A DNA stretch of 64,000 bases from an uncultured Rhodospirillaceae bacterium (GCA_964474755.1 CAYYUG010000011.1:8698-72697), one strand, 5' to 3'; counted from the stretch's first letter, positions 39,496 through 49,757 are shown. The notes: generated by a model from the letters alone, not told the origin. Numbers and translations: made by a program.

Positions 39496-40350
39496 ATGCA
39501 CCCTCATATCACCGTTATTCCGTCGCGCGGCAAACCCGCCCCCGTCGTCTTCGACTCGCCACACAGCGGCAGTCACTACCCTGACGATTTTGATTACATC
39601 GTGCCCCTCTGGATGCTGCGCCGAGGCGAAGACCCGTGCGTCGAAGAATTGTTCGCCGCAGCCCCAGATTACGGCGCGCCGCTGATCGCCGCGGAGTTCA
39701 GCCGTATGTATATTGATCCGAACCGGTCCGCGGCCGATATCGATCCGGACATGCTGGACGGCGAGTGGCCACACCCGATCGAGATCAGCCATAAAACACG
39801 GTCCGGTATGGGTCTAATCCGCAGTCGATCGGGACGCGACCGCAAACTGATATACGAAGGCAAACTGTCGATCGAAGAAGTACAATATCGCATCGAAAAT
39901 TATTGGCGGCCCTATCACGACACCCTGCGCAATCATCTCGATACCACACATGCAACTTTCGGCGCAGCCTGGCACATCAACTGCCATTCGATGCCGTCGA
40001 AATGGGCCACCGGTTTTGAGAAGGCTGGCGAGCCGAACGAGAACGACTACGTGCTTGGCAATCGTGACGGCACCACTGCCGGTTCCGAGTTCACCGAGCT
40101 CGTCCGCGAGACCTTAGCCGGCTTCGGGTTCCATGTCGGCATCAATGACGGACAAAAGGGGGTGGAACTCGTACGTGCCTATAGTGATCCCCCGCAGAAG
40201 CGCCATAGTCTACAAATCGAGATCAACCGCCGGCTCTATTGGGACGAGCGCAACATGAAAAAGCGCGAGGGCCATTTCGAAGAGCAGCAGGCGGTAATGA
40301 CCAAGCTAATCGAGGTAGTCTGCGACTATGCGCGCAGCCGAGTAGGTTAG
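39496..40350 (+). CDS. N-formylglutamate amidohydrolase family protein
   Basis: 284 aa. FDSPHSG, YIDPNR and INCHSMP are FGase-family motifs. Confidence 0.8.
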   Translation: MHPHITVIPSRGKPAPVVFDSPHSGSHYPDDFDYIVPLWMLRRGEDPCVEELFAAAPDYGAPLIAAEFSRMYIDPNRSAADIDPDMLDGEWPHPIEISHKTRSGMGLIRSRSGRDRKLIYEGKLSIEEVQYRIENYWRPYHDTLRNHLDTTHATFGAAWHINCHSMPSKWATGFEKAGEPNENDYVLGNRDGTTAGSEFTELVRETLAGFGFHVGINDGQKGVELVRAYSDPPQKRHSLQIEINRRLYWDERNMKKREGHFEEQQAVMTKLIEVVCDYARSRVG

Positions 40351-40369
40351 TGGCGACTAGCGAATCGTT

Positions 40370-41554
40370 ATGACGGAAGAACGCGTCTTTATTGCCGGTG
40401 CCGGTCCCGTTGGGCTTTCAGCGGCAGCGCGCCTGATCCACCACGGTGTCCCTGTGACTGTGTTCGAGTCCGGCCCCGGCCTAGCCACGGAGTCGCGCGC
40501 TTCTACGTTCCACCCATCGACCCTCGACATGCTGGAAGAAATCGGCGCTGCGGCACCGCTGCAAGCACAGGGGCTTCGCGCACCCCACCTGCAATATCGC
40601 AGCAAGCGCGACGGCCTGATCGCGCGCTTTGATTTTGGCGACATCGACGACCTGACTAAGCATCCGTTTCGGCTGCAATGCGAACAGTGGCGTTTGACAC
40701 AAATTCTCCTCAACAAGCTAACACTTGAATCGGACTTCGAGATCGTCTTCGCTAATGGCGTCGAGGATTGCCACCAGGACGCGGACAGCGTCACCGTCGT
40801 ACTGACAAAGGGAGAAAGGACGGGCCGTTGGCTTATCGGAGCGGACGGTGCAAGCAGTCATGTGCGACACGCGATCAATGTCACGTTCGAAGGCTTCACC
40901 TGGCCAGACCGCTTTCTGGTGCTCAGCACCCCCTTCGAATTCACCAACGAAATCCCTAATCTAGACCCCGTCAGCTATGTAGCCGATCCGCAGCAATGGC
41001 ACTTCCTGCTGCGGATACCGGGCCTGTGGCGGGTCATGCTGCCGATCGCCACAGACATGACGGATGATGCTGCGCTGAATCCGGATTATGGCTGCCGCTG
41101 TCTGGATTGGGTGGCCGCTGGAGCCGGCTCCTCAGAGGTCGTACATCGTACGCTATATCGGGTTCACCAGCGTGTAGCCAAAACGTTTCGCAAGGGCCGA
41201 GTGTTCCTGGCCGGCGATGCAGCGCATATAAACAATCCGCTCGGCGGTATGGGCATGAATGGAGGAATACACGATGCGTTCAATCTGACAGACCGTCTGG
41301 CCCACGTCTGGATGGGACTGTCAGATGCAGCACAACTCGACCTTTACGATTTGCAACGGCGGACGGTCACCATGGAAGCGGTGCAAGTCCAGACCATTCA
41401 AAACAAGAAGGACATGGAATCTGCTGATGAAAACGATCAAGCCCAATTCCGGAACCGTCTGCGTAACATCATGAGAGACCCAGAAAAAAATCGTGCCTAC
41501 CTGCAACGGATTTCCATGATCGAGTCCTTGCAACGCGCAGCGAAAATCAGCTGA
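40370..41554 (+). CDS. FAD-dependent aromatic-ring-type monooxygenase
   Basis: 394 aa. VFIAGAGPVGLSAA and LAGDAAHINNPLGGMGMNGGIHDA are class A flavoprotein monooxygenase motifs. Confidence 0.82.
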   Translation: MTEERVFIAGAGPVGLSAAARLIHHGVPVTVFESGPGLATESRASTFHPSTLDMLEEIGAAAPLQAQGLRAPHLQYRSKRDGLIARFDFGDIDDLTKHPFRLQCEQWRLTQILLNKLTLESDFEIVFANGVEDCHQDADSVTVVLTKGERTGRWLIGADGASSHVRHAINVTFEGFTWPDRFLVLSTPFEFTNEIPNLDPVSYVADPQQWHFLLRIPGLWRVMLPIATDMTDDAALNPDYGCRCLDWVAAGAGSSEVVHRTLYRVHQRVAKTFRKGRVFLAGDAAHINNPLGGMGMNGGIHDAFNLTDRLAHVWMGLSDAAQLDLYDLQRRTVTMEAVQVQTIQNKKDMESADENDQAQFRNRLRNIMRDPEKNRAYLQRISMIESLQRAAKIS

Positions 41555-41595
41555 CAGCATTGATTCCAAAAATTACAGCTGTCCCGATTCCGATT

Positions 41596-41613
41596 CGCGG
41601 CGATAGTGCCGCG
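41596..41613. terminator. GC hairpin between convergent genes
   Basis: CGCGGC-GATAGT-GCCGCG, a perfect 6-bp stem between the monooxygenase and racemase 3' ends. There is no clear U-tract. Confidence 0.25.
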
Positions 41614-41710
41614 GCCCAGTCCAAGCCTAATAATAACCGGTCTCATGGCCCGACAGCACGAGCAGCCAATTACCGTCCCTGATCGGACGACCTAATATGT
41701 GACTAAAGTG

Positions 41711-42367
41711 TTACCCACGGCACAGCCGCCCCATCGCCATTGCGACTGCAGCCTGACTAGGTTCAACTACGGGTAGGTTGACCGCGTCGGAGACCTGGTC
41801 GCGGCAGCGCGCCATGCCGGCGCAGCCAAGGATCAGCACATCGGCACCATCTTCGTCGCGCAACGCGCGGCCCGTCTCAATCATACGATCGAGCAACTTT
41901 TCCTCCTGCGCCAATTCAACAACGCCCAAACCGATTGCACGGTCGCCCGCGCTGCGGGCCTCAATCCCCATCTGCCGCACGTAGCGGCCGTGTCTCTTAA
42001 CCGACGGTTCCAGGATCGAGATGACACCGAACCTCTCACCCTGCGTCATCGCGGTCAGATATGCGGATTCGGCGATACCCAGTACGGGGTGTTCCGTCCG
42101 CTCACGCGCAGTGTGCAGGCCAGGGTCGCTGAAACAAGCGATCACGAACGCACCGGCATCGTTGTCCCTTGCATTAATGTAGTCGCAGAGCGGCAGAATA
42201 ATACTGTCGGAATCATGCTGGCTTTCGATCCCCGGCGGCCCTTCATTCATGGTGACGCACTCGATCGTCGGTCCACCCTCAAGTCGTAAAGGTTGCATCG
42301 CGGTATTGATCGCCTCGGTACAAGCAGCCGTCGAGTTCGGGTTAATGACAACTATGGATTCGGTCAT
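41711..42367 (-). CDS. Asp/Glu/hydantoin racemase family protein
   Basis: 218 aa. VINPNS, CFSDPGL and LGCAGM give two Cys-containing motifs like hydantoin racemases. Confidence 0.78.
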   Translation of the reverse strand: MTESIVVINPNSTAACTEAINTAMQPLRLEGGPTIECVTMNEGPPGIESQHDSDSIILPLCDYINARDNDAGAFVIACFSDPGLHTARERTEHPVLGIAESAYLTAMTQGERFGVISILEPSVKRHGRYVRQMGIEARSAGDRAIGLGVVELAQEEKLLDRMIETGRALRDEDGADVLILGCAGMARCRDQVSDAVNLPVVEPSQAAVAMAMGRLCRG

Positions 42368-42371
42368 GGCC

Positions 42372-43313
42372 TCACTCCTCCGGCGGCGGAACAGCGCCTA
42401 CCTGTTCGGTAATGATCTTGTAGTGCTCCGGCCGCCGGTGTGCTTCAAAGTTAAAGATAGTCGTTTTGTTGAATGTGCAATCGTCAAGATCGCAATCGGC
42501 AACGATCAATTCATCGCCAAGCGTATGCGCCTGCGCCACGATTTCACCCGACGGCGCGACAATGATACTGCCGCCCATCAGGTCGCACCCCTCCTCCAGC
42601 CCGGCCTTGGCCACGCCGACGACCCATGTGCCGTTCTGATAGGCGCCCGCCTGCATGGTAATGTGGTTATGCATCATGCGTACGTGGAACGGTTCTGGCC
42701 CTACTGCGTTGGCTGCCGGCGTATTGTATCCGAGCATCACCATCTCAACTCCCTGCATACCCATTACGCGGAAGGTCTCCGGCCAACGCCGGTCATTGCA
42801 AAGGCACATACCCATTACCCCCCCCATGGTGCGCCAAACCGGAAAACCGAAATTGCCAACCTCAAAATATCCTTTCTCGAGATGCTGCCAAGGCCGTTCC
42901 GGCTCGTGTTCCGAATGGCCCGGCAGATGCACCTTGCGGTAGCGGCCAACAATATTGGACTCGCGATCAACCAGGATCGAAGTGTTGTACCGGTGCGTCT
43001 CTCCATCTTCGACCGTCTTCTCCGCATAACCGAGATAGAAGCCAATTCCGTACTCCCGCGCGCGATCGAAAAGGGGCTTCGTCTTCCGATCTGGCATTTT
43101 GCTTTCAAAAAAAGAATCAATCTCGCTCTGGCTTTCCATCCACCAGCGCGGGAAGAAAGTCGTCAGGGCCAATTCGGGAAAGACAACCAAATCGCAGCCA
43201 CGCGCGTGTGCTGTATCCAAAAGTGCCAGCATACGGTCGACGACGGCCGTCCGGCTGTCGGCACGCGCGATCGGTCCCATCTGCGCACCACCAACGGTAA
43301 TTACTCTCGACAT
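42372..43313 (-). CDS. N-carbamoyl-D-amino-acid hydrolase (nitrilase-superfamily carbamoylase)
   Basis: 313 aa. VVFPELALTTFFPRWW (catalytic Glu), YRKVHLPG (Lys) and MCLCNDRRWPE (Cys) closely recall D-carbamoylase. Confidence 0.85.
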   Translation of the reverse strand: MSRVITVGGAQMGPIARADSRTAVVDRMLALLDTAHARGCDLVVFPELALTTFFPRWWMESQSEIDSFFESKMPDRKTKPLFDRAREYGIGFYLGYAEKTVEDGETHRYNTSILVDRESNIVGRYRKVHLPGHSEHEPERPWQHLEKGYFEVGNFGFPVWRTMGGVMGMCLCNDRRWPETFRVMGMQGVEMVMLGYNTPAANAVGPEPFHVRMMHNHITMQAGAYQNGTWVVGVAKAGLEEGCDLMGGSIIVAPSGEIVAQAHTLGDELIVADCDLDDCTFNKTTIFNFEAHRRPEHYKIITEQVGAVPPPEE

Positions 43314-43666
43314 CGTCGTTTCCCCTATTCGCTGTGTCGCTTCGTATCTAAAAGCAACCCGATTGACGTTGCAACGAATCCATTAAGGCGACAGCAGCGC
43401 GAAGTTACGTTGACGCAATATTGATCCATTTGCAGAGATGTGTATGATTCGTTGCATTAATAATAAGAGCGCTTTGCCACCGCCTGTGGCATCCGAGGCA
43501 GCTGAATTTTGTTGTGCGGTCGAACGTCGCAGTCAGTGAAATTCGGCGACGGATCGCTTTTGCGGTCTGGGAAATAGCCTCGGCAGATATCCGAAAGGCG
43601 TAACGTACTCACGAAGGTCTTAGACCTTCCGGTAGCGGCGCGTCGTTATTGCAGGAGGAAGTTCGA

Positions 43667-44890
43667 GTGTCCGACGACACAAAATCGGAAACTGACGAAA
43701 CCGACGAGAAAAAAACGGAATCAGCACCCCTGCCGTCTCGACGTAATCGTGGTTGGGTTCGCTACATCATCCTTTTTCTCGTGCTAGTTATCGGCGGCTA
43801 CTGGGGCTTCCAAGAAGTCCGCGGTCGTTTCACCCATGTCTACGAATACGATGCTCGCATCGCTGGCAGTCTGATCACCGTTAGCAGCCGCGTTGCCGGC
43901 TGGGTCACGCAAATGAATATTAGCGAGGGTGACGATATCAGCAAGGGCCAGGTCATCGTCCAAATTGATGCACGGGAATCCGAACTCCTGACCGAACAAC
44001 TCGTAGCTCGCGTGCGAGGGGTCGACGCGGAGCGCAACCGTCTTATCGCTGAGAAAGGCCTTGTCGACAAGCAGACGCGGAGTCGCTATCAGACGCAGAA
44101 GTCTGAGCTAGCCGCCGCCGAGGCTGAGGTTTCCTCGCTCAAACCACAGCTCGAACTAGCGGGAACTGAGCTCAACCGAACCAAATCACTATTCCAAAAA
44201 AAGATCATATCTCGTAAGCAATACGACGCAGACTTGGCACGCGAGCAGCAGCTTTCTGGCGAATTTCGTACTGCGGTCGCAGAAGTACAGGCGGCACGCG
44301 CCAAGCTGCTGGAGGCGGAAGCGGATCGAGCGCGCCTGAATGTTCTGGATGGCGAGGTCGCCAAACTGAAATACGAAGAAGGCTGGCTGCGCGCACAACT
44401 CCAGCAGCAAAAGCTAGACCTGTCAGACCGTAATATCCGGGCACCAGTCAAAGGTGTGGTAGACAAGACATTTGTTGAGGTGGGTGAATATGTCACACCA
44501 GGTCAGCGTTTGGCGCTCGTTCACAATCCGGATCGTATATGGATTGAAGCGAACGTTAAGGAAACAGAAGTTCGAAAACTCAGTATTGGCCAACAGGTCG
44601 ACGTATCGGTCGACGCTTATCCTGGCGAAGGCTCGATTGATAAGATCCTTAGCATGGTCGGTATAGAATCGCATGACAACGGCAGTACTGAAGAGGGTTT
44701 CGTAGGCCATGTCATCGCCATCGGCAACTCCACGACGGCGGAATTCGCACTACTACCCAGCCCGAACCCGAGCGGCAACTTCACCAAGATCACGCAGCGG
44801 CTTCCTGTGCGCATTGCAATTGACCAGAAGGAGCGCAAGCTCCGTCCAGGGATGATGGTCGAGATTAATATTGACATCCGCGACAAGTAG
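43667..44890 (+). CDS. HlyD/EmrA-type membrane fusion protein
   Basis: GTG at 43667 lies 8 nt after AGGAGG. N-terminal TM segment, long coiled-coil, and the C-terminal NFTKITQRLPVRI motif typical of EmrA. Confidence 0.85.
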   Translation: MSDDTKSETDETDEKKTESAPLPSRRNRGWVRYIILFLVLVIGGYWGFQEVRGRFTHVYEYDARIAGSLITVSSRVAGWVTQMNISEGDDISKGQVIVQIDARESELLTEQLVARVRGVDAERNRLIAEKGLVDKQTRSRYQTQKSELAAAEAEVSSLKPQLELAGTELNRTKSLFQKKIISRKQYDADLAREQQLSGEFRTAVAEVQAARAKLLEAEADRARLNVLDGEVAKLKYEEGWLRAQLQQQKLDLSDRNIRAPVKGVVDKTFVEVGEYVTPGQRLALVHNPDRIWIEANVKETEVRKLSIGQQVDVSVDAYPGEGSIDKILSMVGIESHDNGSTEEGFVGHVIAIGNSTTAEFALLPSPNPSGNFTKITQRLPVRIAIDQKERKLRPGMMVEINIDIRDK

Positions 44891-44975
44891 AGACCCGGTG
44901 CCGGGCGCTCGCATCCCGCCCTATTATAACGTTTCCGCCTAAGCAGCCACATTTAAGCGAGGACAGGAAGGCAGC

Positions 44976-46541
44976 GTGGCGTCAGGCCCGACGATCGAAG
45001 ACCGCTTTGCACAATTCGGTCCCAGCTATCGCTATTTAGTCACCTTCACCGGCATGCTAGGTGTCATTGCAATGGTGCTGTCGATCACCATTGTCAACGT
45101 CGCTGTACCAAGCGTCATGGGCGCATACGGTATTGGGCAGGACCTGGCACAGTGGATGGCCACCGCCTTCATCGCCACAATGACAATCAGTCAGTTGCTC
45201 AACAATTGGTTGGTAGAAGCGTTCGGTCAACGCCTGACATTTCTACTAATTATCGTGGTCTTTTTTATCGGCACGGCAATCGCGGCGACCAGCCCGACTT
45301 ACGATTTCATTATCCTAGGGCGCATCCTGCAAGGCTTTTCGGCCGGGGTCAGCCAACCTCTAGTGATGGTCCTACTATTCCAGGTATTCCCGAAAAACCG
45401 TCGCGGCCTCGCTATGGGGTTGTACGGCATGGCTATCATGTTAGCGCCAGGGATCGGCCCGTTCATTGGCGGCCTCGCAATTGATAACCTTTCCTGGCGC
45501 TACATATTCTATATTCCCTTGCCGCTCTGCGCCGCCGCCTTCGTATTGGGAGCAATGTTAATGCCAGGCCCAATCGAGTGGCGCCGCCTGCCACCATTCG
45601 ACTGGGCCGGGATCATTGTCCTAAGCATTGCTCTGATCAATCTATTGTCCGCCATGGCTGACGGGCAGCGATTCGGCTGGTCTTCAGACTTGATCCTGAC
45701 AAGAACGATAACGGCGCTGGGCGCCATCACAATATTTGTCGCATTGCAGCTGAAAGCGAAATCGCCTCTCCTGGACATGACCTTATTCACTAATCCTGCC
45801 TTTTCTGCTGCGGTGCTAGTTGCGATTGTCTTTGGCTTTGGCAACATGGCATCAAGCTACGCGATCCCCGTCTTCGTGCAGACTGTAGGCGGTTATTCCG
45901 CTACGGCAGCAGGCCTTGTCCTGATTCCAGCTGGGATCGTCCTGATAGTCCTGTTCCCCGTCTCTGGACGGGTGTCGGACCAGATACCTGCTCACTATCC
46001 GATCGCGATCGGCCTGTTATTTTTCGCCCTCGGTACGGCACTGATGACGACCACAGACACCAATACCGCCTTCTGGACGGTCGCAATCTACACCGTGATC
46101 GGCCGCTTCGGGATGGGATTGATCATGCCGCCGCTGGTCTCCAGTGCTATGCGAACCTTGGAGACGGATCAGCTCAATCGCGGATCCGGCGCCCTAAACT
46201 TTATGCGCCAGCTCGGCGGCTCGATCGGCATCAACTCGGTGGTCGTCCTTATCTCGCAACGCACCCTTTTCCATAGCGACTCATTGACTACAACTCAGAC
46301 CCCGGCCAATCCAGTGAGCCGTGAATTCCTCGAAGCTGTGGAACACCTGCTCAATGAGAGCGGGGTGCCAGCAGCGATCCACCAACACGGCGCGTTGCAC
46401 TATTTGGGTAGTGTTATAGAAGCCCAGGCAGCGACCTACGGCTTCCAAGACGGCTTTAGTTTCATTAGCATTGTTTTTGTTTGCGCCTTGATCCCGGTTT
46501 GGATATTGAAACGGGCAGGGCAGGGGAAAACCAATGTATAA
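44976..46541 (+). CDS. MFS transporter, DHA2 (EmrB/QacA, 14-TMS) family
   Basis: 521 aa, about 14 hydrophobic segments. LGRILQGFSAG motif C-like region. Follows the MFP gene. Confidence 0.85.
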   Translation: MASGPTIEDRFAQFGPSYRYLVTFTGMLGVIAMVLSITIVNVAVPSVMGAYGIGQDLAQWMATAFIATMTISQLLNNWLVEAFGQRLTFLLIIVVFFIGTAIAATSPTYDFIILGRILQGFSAGVSQPLVMVLLFQVFPKNRRGLAMGLYGMAIMLAPGIGPFIGGLAIDNLSWRYIFYIPLPLCAAAFVLGAMLMPGPIEWRRLPPFDWAGIIVLSIALINLLSAMADGQRFGWSSDLILTRTITALGAITIFVALQLKAKSPLLDMTLFTNPAFSAAVLVAIVFGFGNMASSYAIPVFVQTVGGYSATAAGLVLIPAGIVLIVLFPVSGRVSDQIPAHYPIAIGLLFFALGTALMTTTDTNTAFWTVAIYTVIGRFGMGLIMPPLVSSAMRTLETDQLNRGSGALNFMRQLGGSIGINSVVVLISQRTLFHSDSLTTTQTPANPVSREFLEAVEHLLNESGVPAAIHQHGALHYLGSVIEAQAATYGFQDGFSFISIVFVCALIPVWILKRAGQGKTNV

Positions 46542-46998
46542 GAAGATACTACTCGCGTATGATGGCAGTCCAGAGTACAGGGCCGCTTTGCGTCAAGGTG
46601 CCGAGATAGCTGAGTTCTGCAAGGCGGAAACCCATCTACTAGCCGTCATCACCTCTTCTACGACTATGCCCATTGCGGGCGGTGTTAACCCTTCGGATCT
46701 GGTGAACGAAGAACAGCGAGAAATCCGCAGCTATCTAGATGAGGGCGTCGAGCGGCTGCGCAGGCGGGGTATCAAGGCCGAAGGCAGGCTAGGCTACCGC
46801 GACCCAGTCGACGAAATCACCGCGTCGGCACAGGAAATTAGGGCTGACTTGATAGTTGTCGGCCACCGACGCCGCAACACCATCGAGCGTTGGTGGCGTA
46901 AATCCACGTCGAAAAATCTGCTTACCGTATCGCCGTGCGATGTGTTGGTATCGTTTTTACCTTCCGATTTCGAAGACGACTGGGGTACTTCGAATTAA
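46534..46998 (+). CDS. universal stress protein (UspA family)
   Basis: 154 aa. ILLAYDGS, LIVVGHRRR, VSPCDVLV. Overlaps the MFS 3' end by 8 nt. Confidence 0.8.
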   Translation: MYKKILLAYDGSPEYRAALRQGAEIAEFCKAETHLLAVITSSTTMPIAGGVNPSDLVNEEQREIRSYLDEGVERLRRRGIKAEGRLGYRDPVDEITASAQEIRADLIVVGHRRRNTIERWWRKSTSKNLLTVSPCDVLVSFLPSDFEDDWGTSN

Positions 46999-47285
46999 CT
47001 GAATACCACCTGTTGCTTGAACACAAAGCGATCCAAGAAACTCATGCCGCCGCGAAATTTTGATCACAAAACGCCCTACCGTAGAGGCTACAACGACATT
47101 TAGCAGAAAGGCTTCCGATCGGTTTGCCATCGAGATGCGTGATCATGTTGCCCTATTTCAACACGGCCTGTTCCGTAGCACTGCAAAAGCAGAATTATGC
47201 GATTTCAGGTAGCAGTCTTGGCGGAACGCAGAGCCCCACCCTTTGCAACTCCGAAAAAGCCAGGATCTCAACCGCTTAATCCTGC

Positions 47286-47753
47286 TCAGCGCGCTTTCTG
47301 TGCGTAGTTTTGCAATATCGTGTGACTAGCGGTATCAGACAAAAGTGCTATCAGTCCAAAATGCGCCGGTTCCGGCCAGTCGCCAAACACAAACCATTCG
47401 AAGCCTTGGGTCTCCCAATTGATGTTTGGCTCGAATTCCGCCGCGACTGTCACTAAAAAATTGTAATAACGGAATCCGGAGGTGTGTTCGAAAACAAAGA
47501 GCGGGATAATTTCTTCCGGAGCCGCAAGACCGGCTTCCTCAGCCAGCTCGCGCAGAACCGCTTGCTCTGGTGATTCGCCCGAATCAATCGCTCCGCCCCA
47601 GGTGCCCCAGGTGTTAGGCTGCTGGCAATGTTCGGACCGATGCGGGATCAGGATACGGCCCGTCTCGCGCGCCAAGATCAGGCAACCGGCGGCGGCCCGG
47701 CCCCAAAAGCCAGTTTCACGCAAAGCCTTCATATGAGCGTGCCGATCTGTCAT
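47286..47753 (-). CDS. NUDIX hydrolase
   Basis: ATG at 47753 (MTDRHAHM). NUDIX box GGAIDSGESPEQAVLRELAEEAGL. The track ORF is N-terminally over-extended. Confidence 0.78.
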   Translation of the reverse strand: MTDRHAHMKALRETGFWGRAAAGCLILARETGRILIPHRSEHCQQPNTWGTWGGAIDSGESPEQAVLRELAEEAGLAAPEEIIPLFVFEHTSGFRYYNFLVTVAAEFEPNINWETQGFEWFVFGDWPEPAHFGLIALLSDTASHTILQNYAQKAR

Positions 47754-47890
47754 GATTTTGGCACCATATACAAATACATTCCCTGTTTGCTCGACAGGGA
47801 ACCTAACGCAGGCCCTTGAACCATCGCAACTGTGCAGGCAAAAAGCCCATATCGCTGGAACTATCCCAGCGCTGTCCGCAGGAGAAACCG

Positions 47891-48793
47891 ATGGCCACTG
47901 GAACACACGCCTACGAAGAAGACCCCAGGAACGAAACCGTTCTCATATACGTCAACGGCGAACTAGCGCCGCGCCCTGAGGCAAAAATTTCCGTCTTCGA
48001 CAGCGGTTTTCTGCTGGGCGATGGGATGTGGGAAGGCATGCGTCTACATAACGGTAAGCTCGCATTCCAAGATCAGCATCTAGGCCGGCTGTACGAAAAC
48101 CTGAAAGCCGTCGATATCGATATCGACATGTCGCAAGACGCGCTTACGGCGGAGATCATGCGTACCTGCAACGCCAACGATATGACAGACGACGTGCATA
48201 TCCGCCTGATCGTAAGCCGCGGCCTAAAGAAAACCCCCTATCAGCATCCGAATGCCAATGTTGGCGGTACGACGATTGTCATCATTCCGGAGTACAAGAA
48301 GGCACGGGAGGTCGAACCCCTCAGCCTCTTCACCGTGCATGTGCATCGTGGCACACCAGACACCCAGGATCCAAAATGGAACAGCCTGTCCAAGCTGAAC
48401 TGCATCGCCGCCTGTATCCAGGCCGATAAGGCAGGTGCTGACGAAGCGCTGATGCTCGACCCGCACGGCTTCGTTGCAACCTGCAACTCGACGCACTTCT
48501 TCATCGTGCGGCAGGGCGAAGTTTGGACCTCAACTGGTGACTACTGTCTGCCCGGCATCACGCGCGGCAACATCGTAGCGCTGTGCCGCGAAAACGATAT
48601 CCCAGTCTTTGAAAAAAACTTCTCTCTCACTGAAGTATATTGTGCAGAGGAAGCGTTCGTTACAGGCACCTTCGGTGGCTTGAGCCCAGTCGCCAGCGTC
48701 GATGGCAGGACCTTGGGGCCCGGAAAACTTGGCCCCATGACGATGCAGCTGCGCGAGCTTTATCGCAATCTGATCGAGCAGGACTGCGCATGA
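47891..48793 (+). CDS. class IV (fold-type IV) PLP aminotransferase (BCAT/DAAT/ADC-lyase family)
   Basis: ATG at 47891 after GGAG. VFDSGFLLGDGMWEG, the SKLNCI region and PGITRG. Confidence 0.8.
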   Translation: MATGTHAYEEDPRNETVLIYVNGELAPRPEAKISVFDSGFLLGDGMWEGMRLHNGKLAFQDQHLGRLYENLKAVDIDIDMSQDALTAEIMRTCNANDMTDDVHIRLIVSRGLKKTPYQHPNANVGGTTIVIIPEYKKAREVEPLSLFTVHVHRGTPDTQDPKWNSLSKLNCIAACIQADKAGADEALMLDPHGFVATCNSTHFFIVRQGEVWTSTGDYCLPGITRGNIVALCRENDIPVFEKNFSLTEVYCAEEAFVTGTFGGLSPVASVDGRTLGPGKLGPMTMQLRELYRNLIEQDCA

Positions 48794-49524
48794 CCGCGCC
48801 ACTGCGCATCGCAATGTGGTCCGGCCCACGCAACATTTCCACCGCGATGTTGCGATCCTTCGGCAACCGGGCCGACACATTCGTCACCGACGAACCATTT
48901 TACGGCCACTATCTACGACAGACCGGACTGGACCACCCCGGACGCGACGAGGTTATCGCAGCACAGCCAGATGATTGGCGAAAGGTGGCAAAATGGCTTT
49001 GCGGACCTGTACCAGAAGGCCAAGCCATCTGGTACCAGAAGCATATGTCACATCACTTGCTGCCGGAGATTGAACAGGAATGGCTCAGTGGCCTCTCCCA
49101 CTGCTTCTTAATCCGCGATCCACGCGAAGTACTGGTGTCTTACACACAAGTGCGCGAGACCGTAACGCTCGAAGATATCGGGCTGCCGCAACAGGCGGCT
49201 CTATTCAACCGACTGCTCGACGAAAAGGGAACACCGCCGCCAGTGCTTGATGCTAAGGACGTACTCAGCGATCCAGAAAAATTGTTGCGTGCGCTGTGCG
49301 AGGCCATCGGCATGACGTTCACCGAGGCAATGCTATCCTGGCCACCAGGGCCGCGGACGACCGACGGCGTCTGGGGTAAATACTGGTACAGTTCAGTGAA
49401 AAATTCGAAGGGTTTCGTCGCCTACAAACCGAAGCAAGTCCGTCTCTCACCTAATCTGGAAGAACTGGCTGCCAAATGTGCCCCCTATTATGAGCGCCTG
49501 CACACCCACCGGCTGGGACAGTAA
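48790..49524 (+). CDS. sulfotransferase-like P-loop protein (family assignment from memory)
   Basis: The ATG at 48790 overlaps the upstream stop (ATGA). WSGPRNISTAMLRSF resembles a PAPS-binding 5'-PSB loop. Confidence 0.45.
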   Translation: MTAPLRIAMWSGPRNISTAMLRSFGNRADTFVTDEPFYGHYLRQTGLDHPGRDEVIAAQPDDWRKVAKWLCGPVPEGQAIWYQKHMSHHLLPEIEQEWLSGLSHCFLIRDPREVLVSYTQVRETVTLEDIGLPQQAALFNRLLDEKGTPPPVLDAKDVLSDPEKLLRALCEAIGMTFTEAMLSWPPGPRTTDGVWGKYWYSSVKNSKGFVAYKPKQVRLSPNLEELAAKCAPYYERLHTHRLGQ

Positions 49525-49757
49525 GGAATGTTCCGTAGAAGGCTGCAGCGCGAAAGCTTCCATTGTCAAATTTAGGCGCAGGTAACCCCACTATGCCAGA
49601 GCGTGAAATCCGTTGCGGCTCGACCAGAATATTCTCCTGTCCCCTATGCCACTTCACGCGTTCCGCGCTTTTCTCGTCACTCAGCGAGCAATCGCCCGGT
49701 TACTTTTCATAAAGACAACCTGTCCCACTGCAGCTCGAGCGTGGTAGAAATGCTTCC

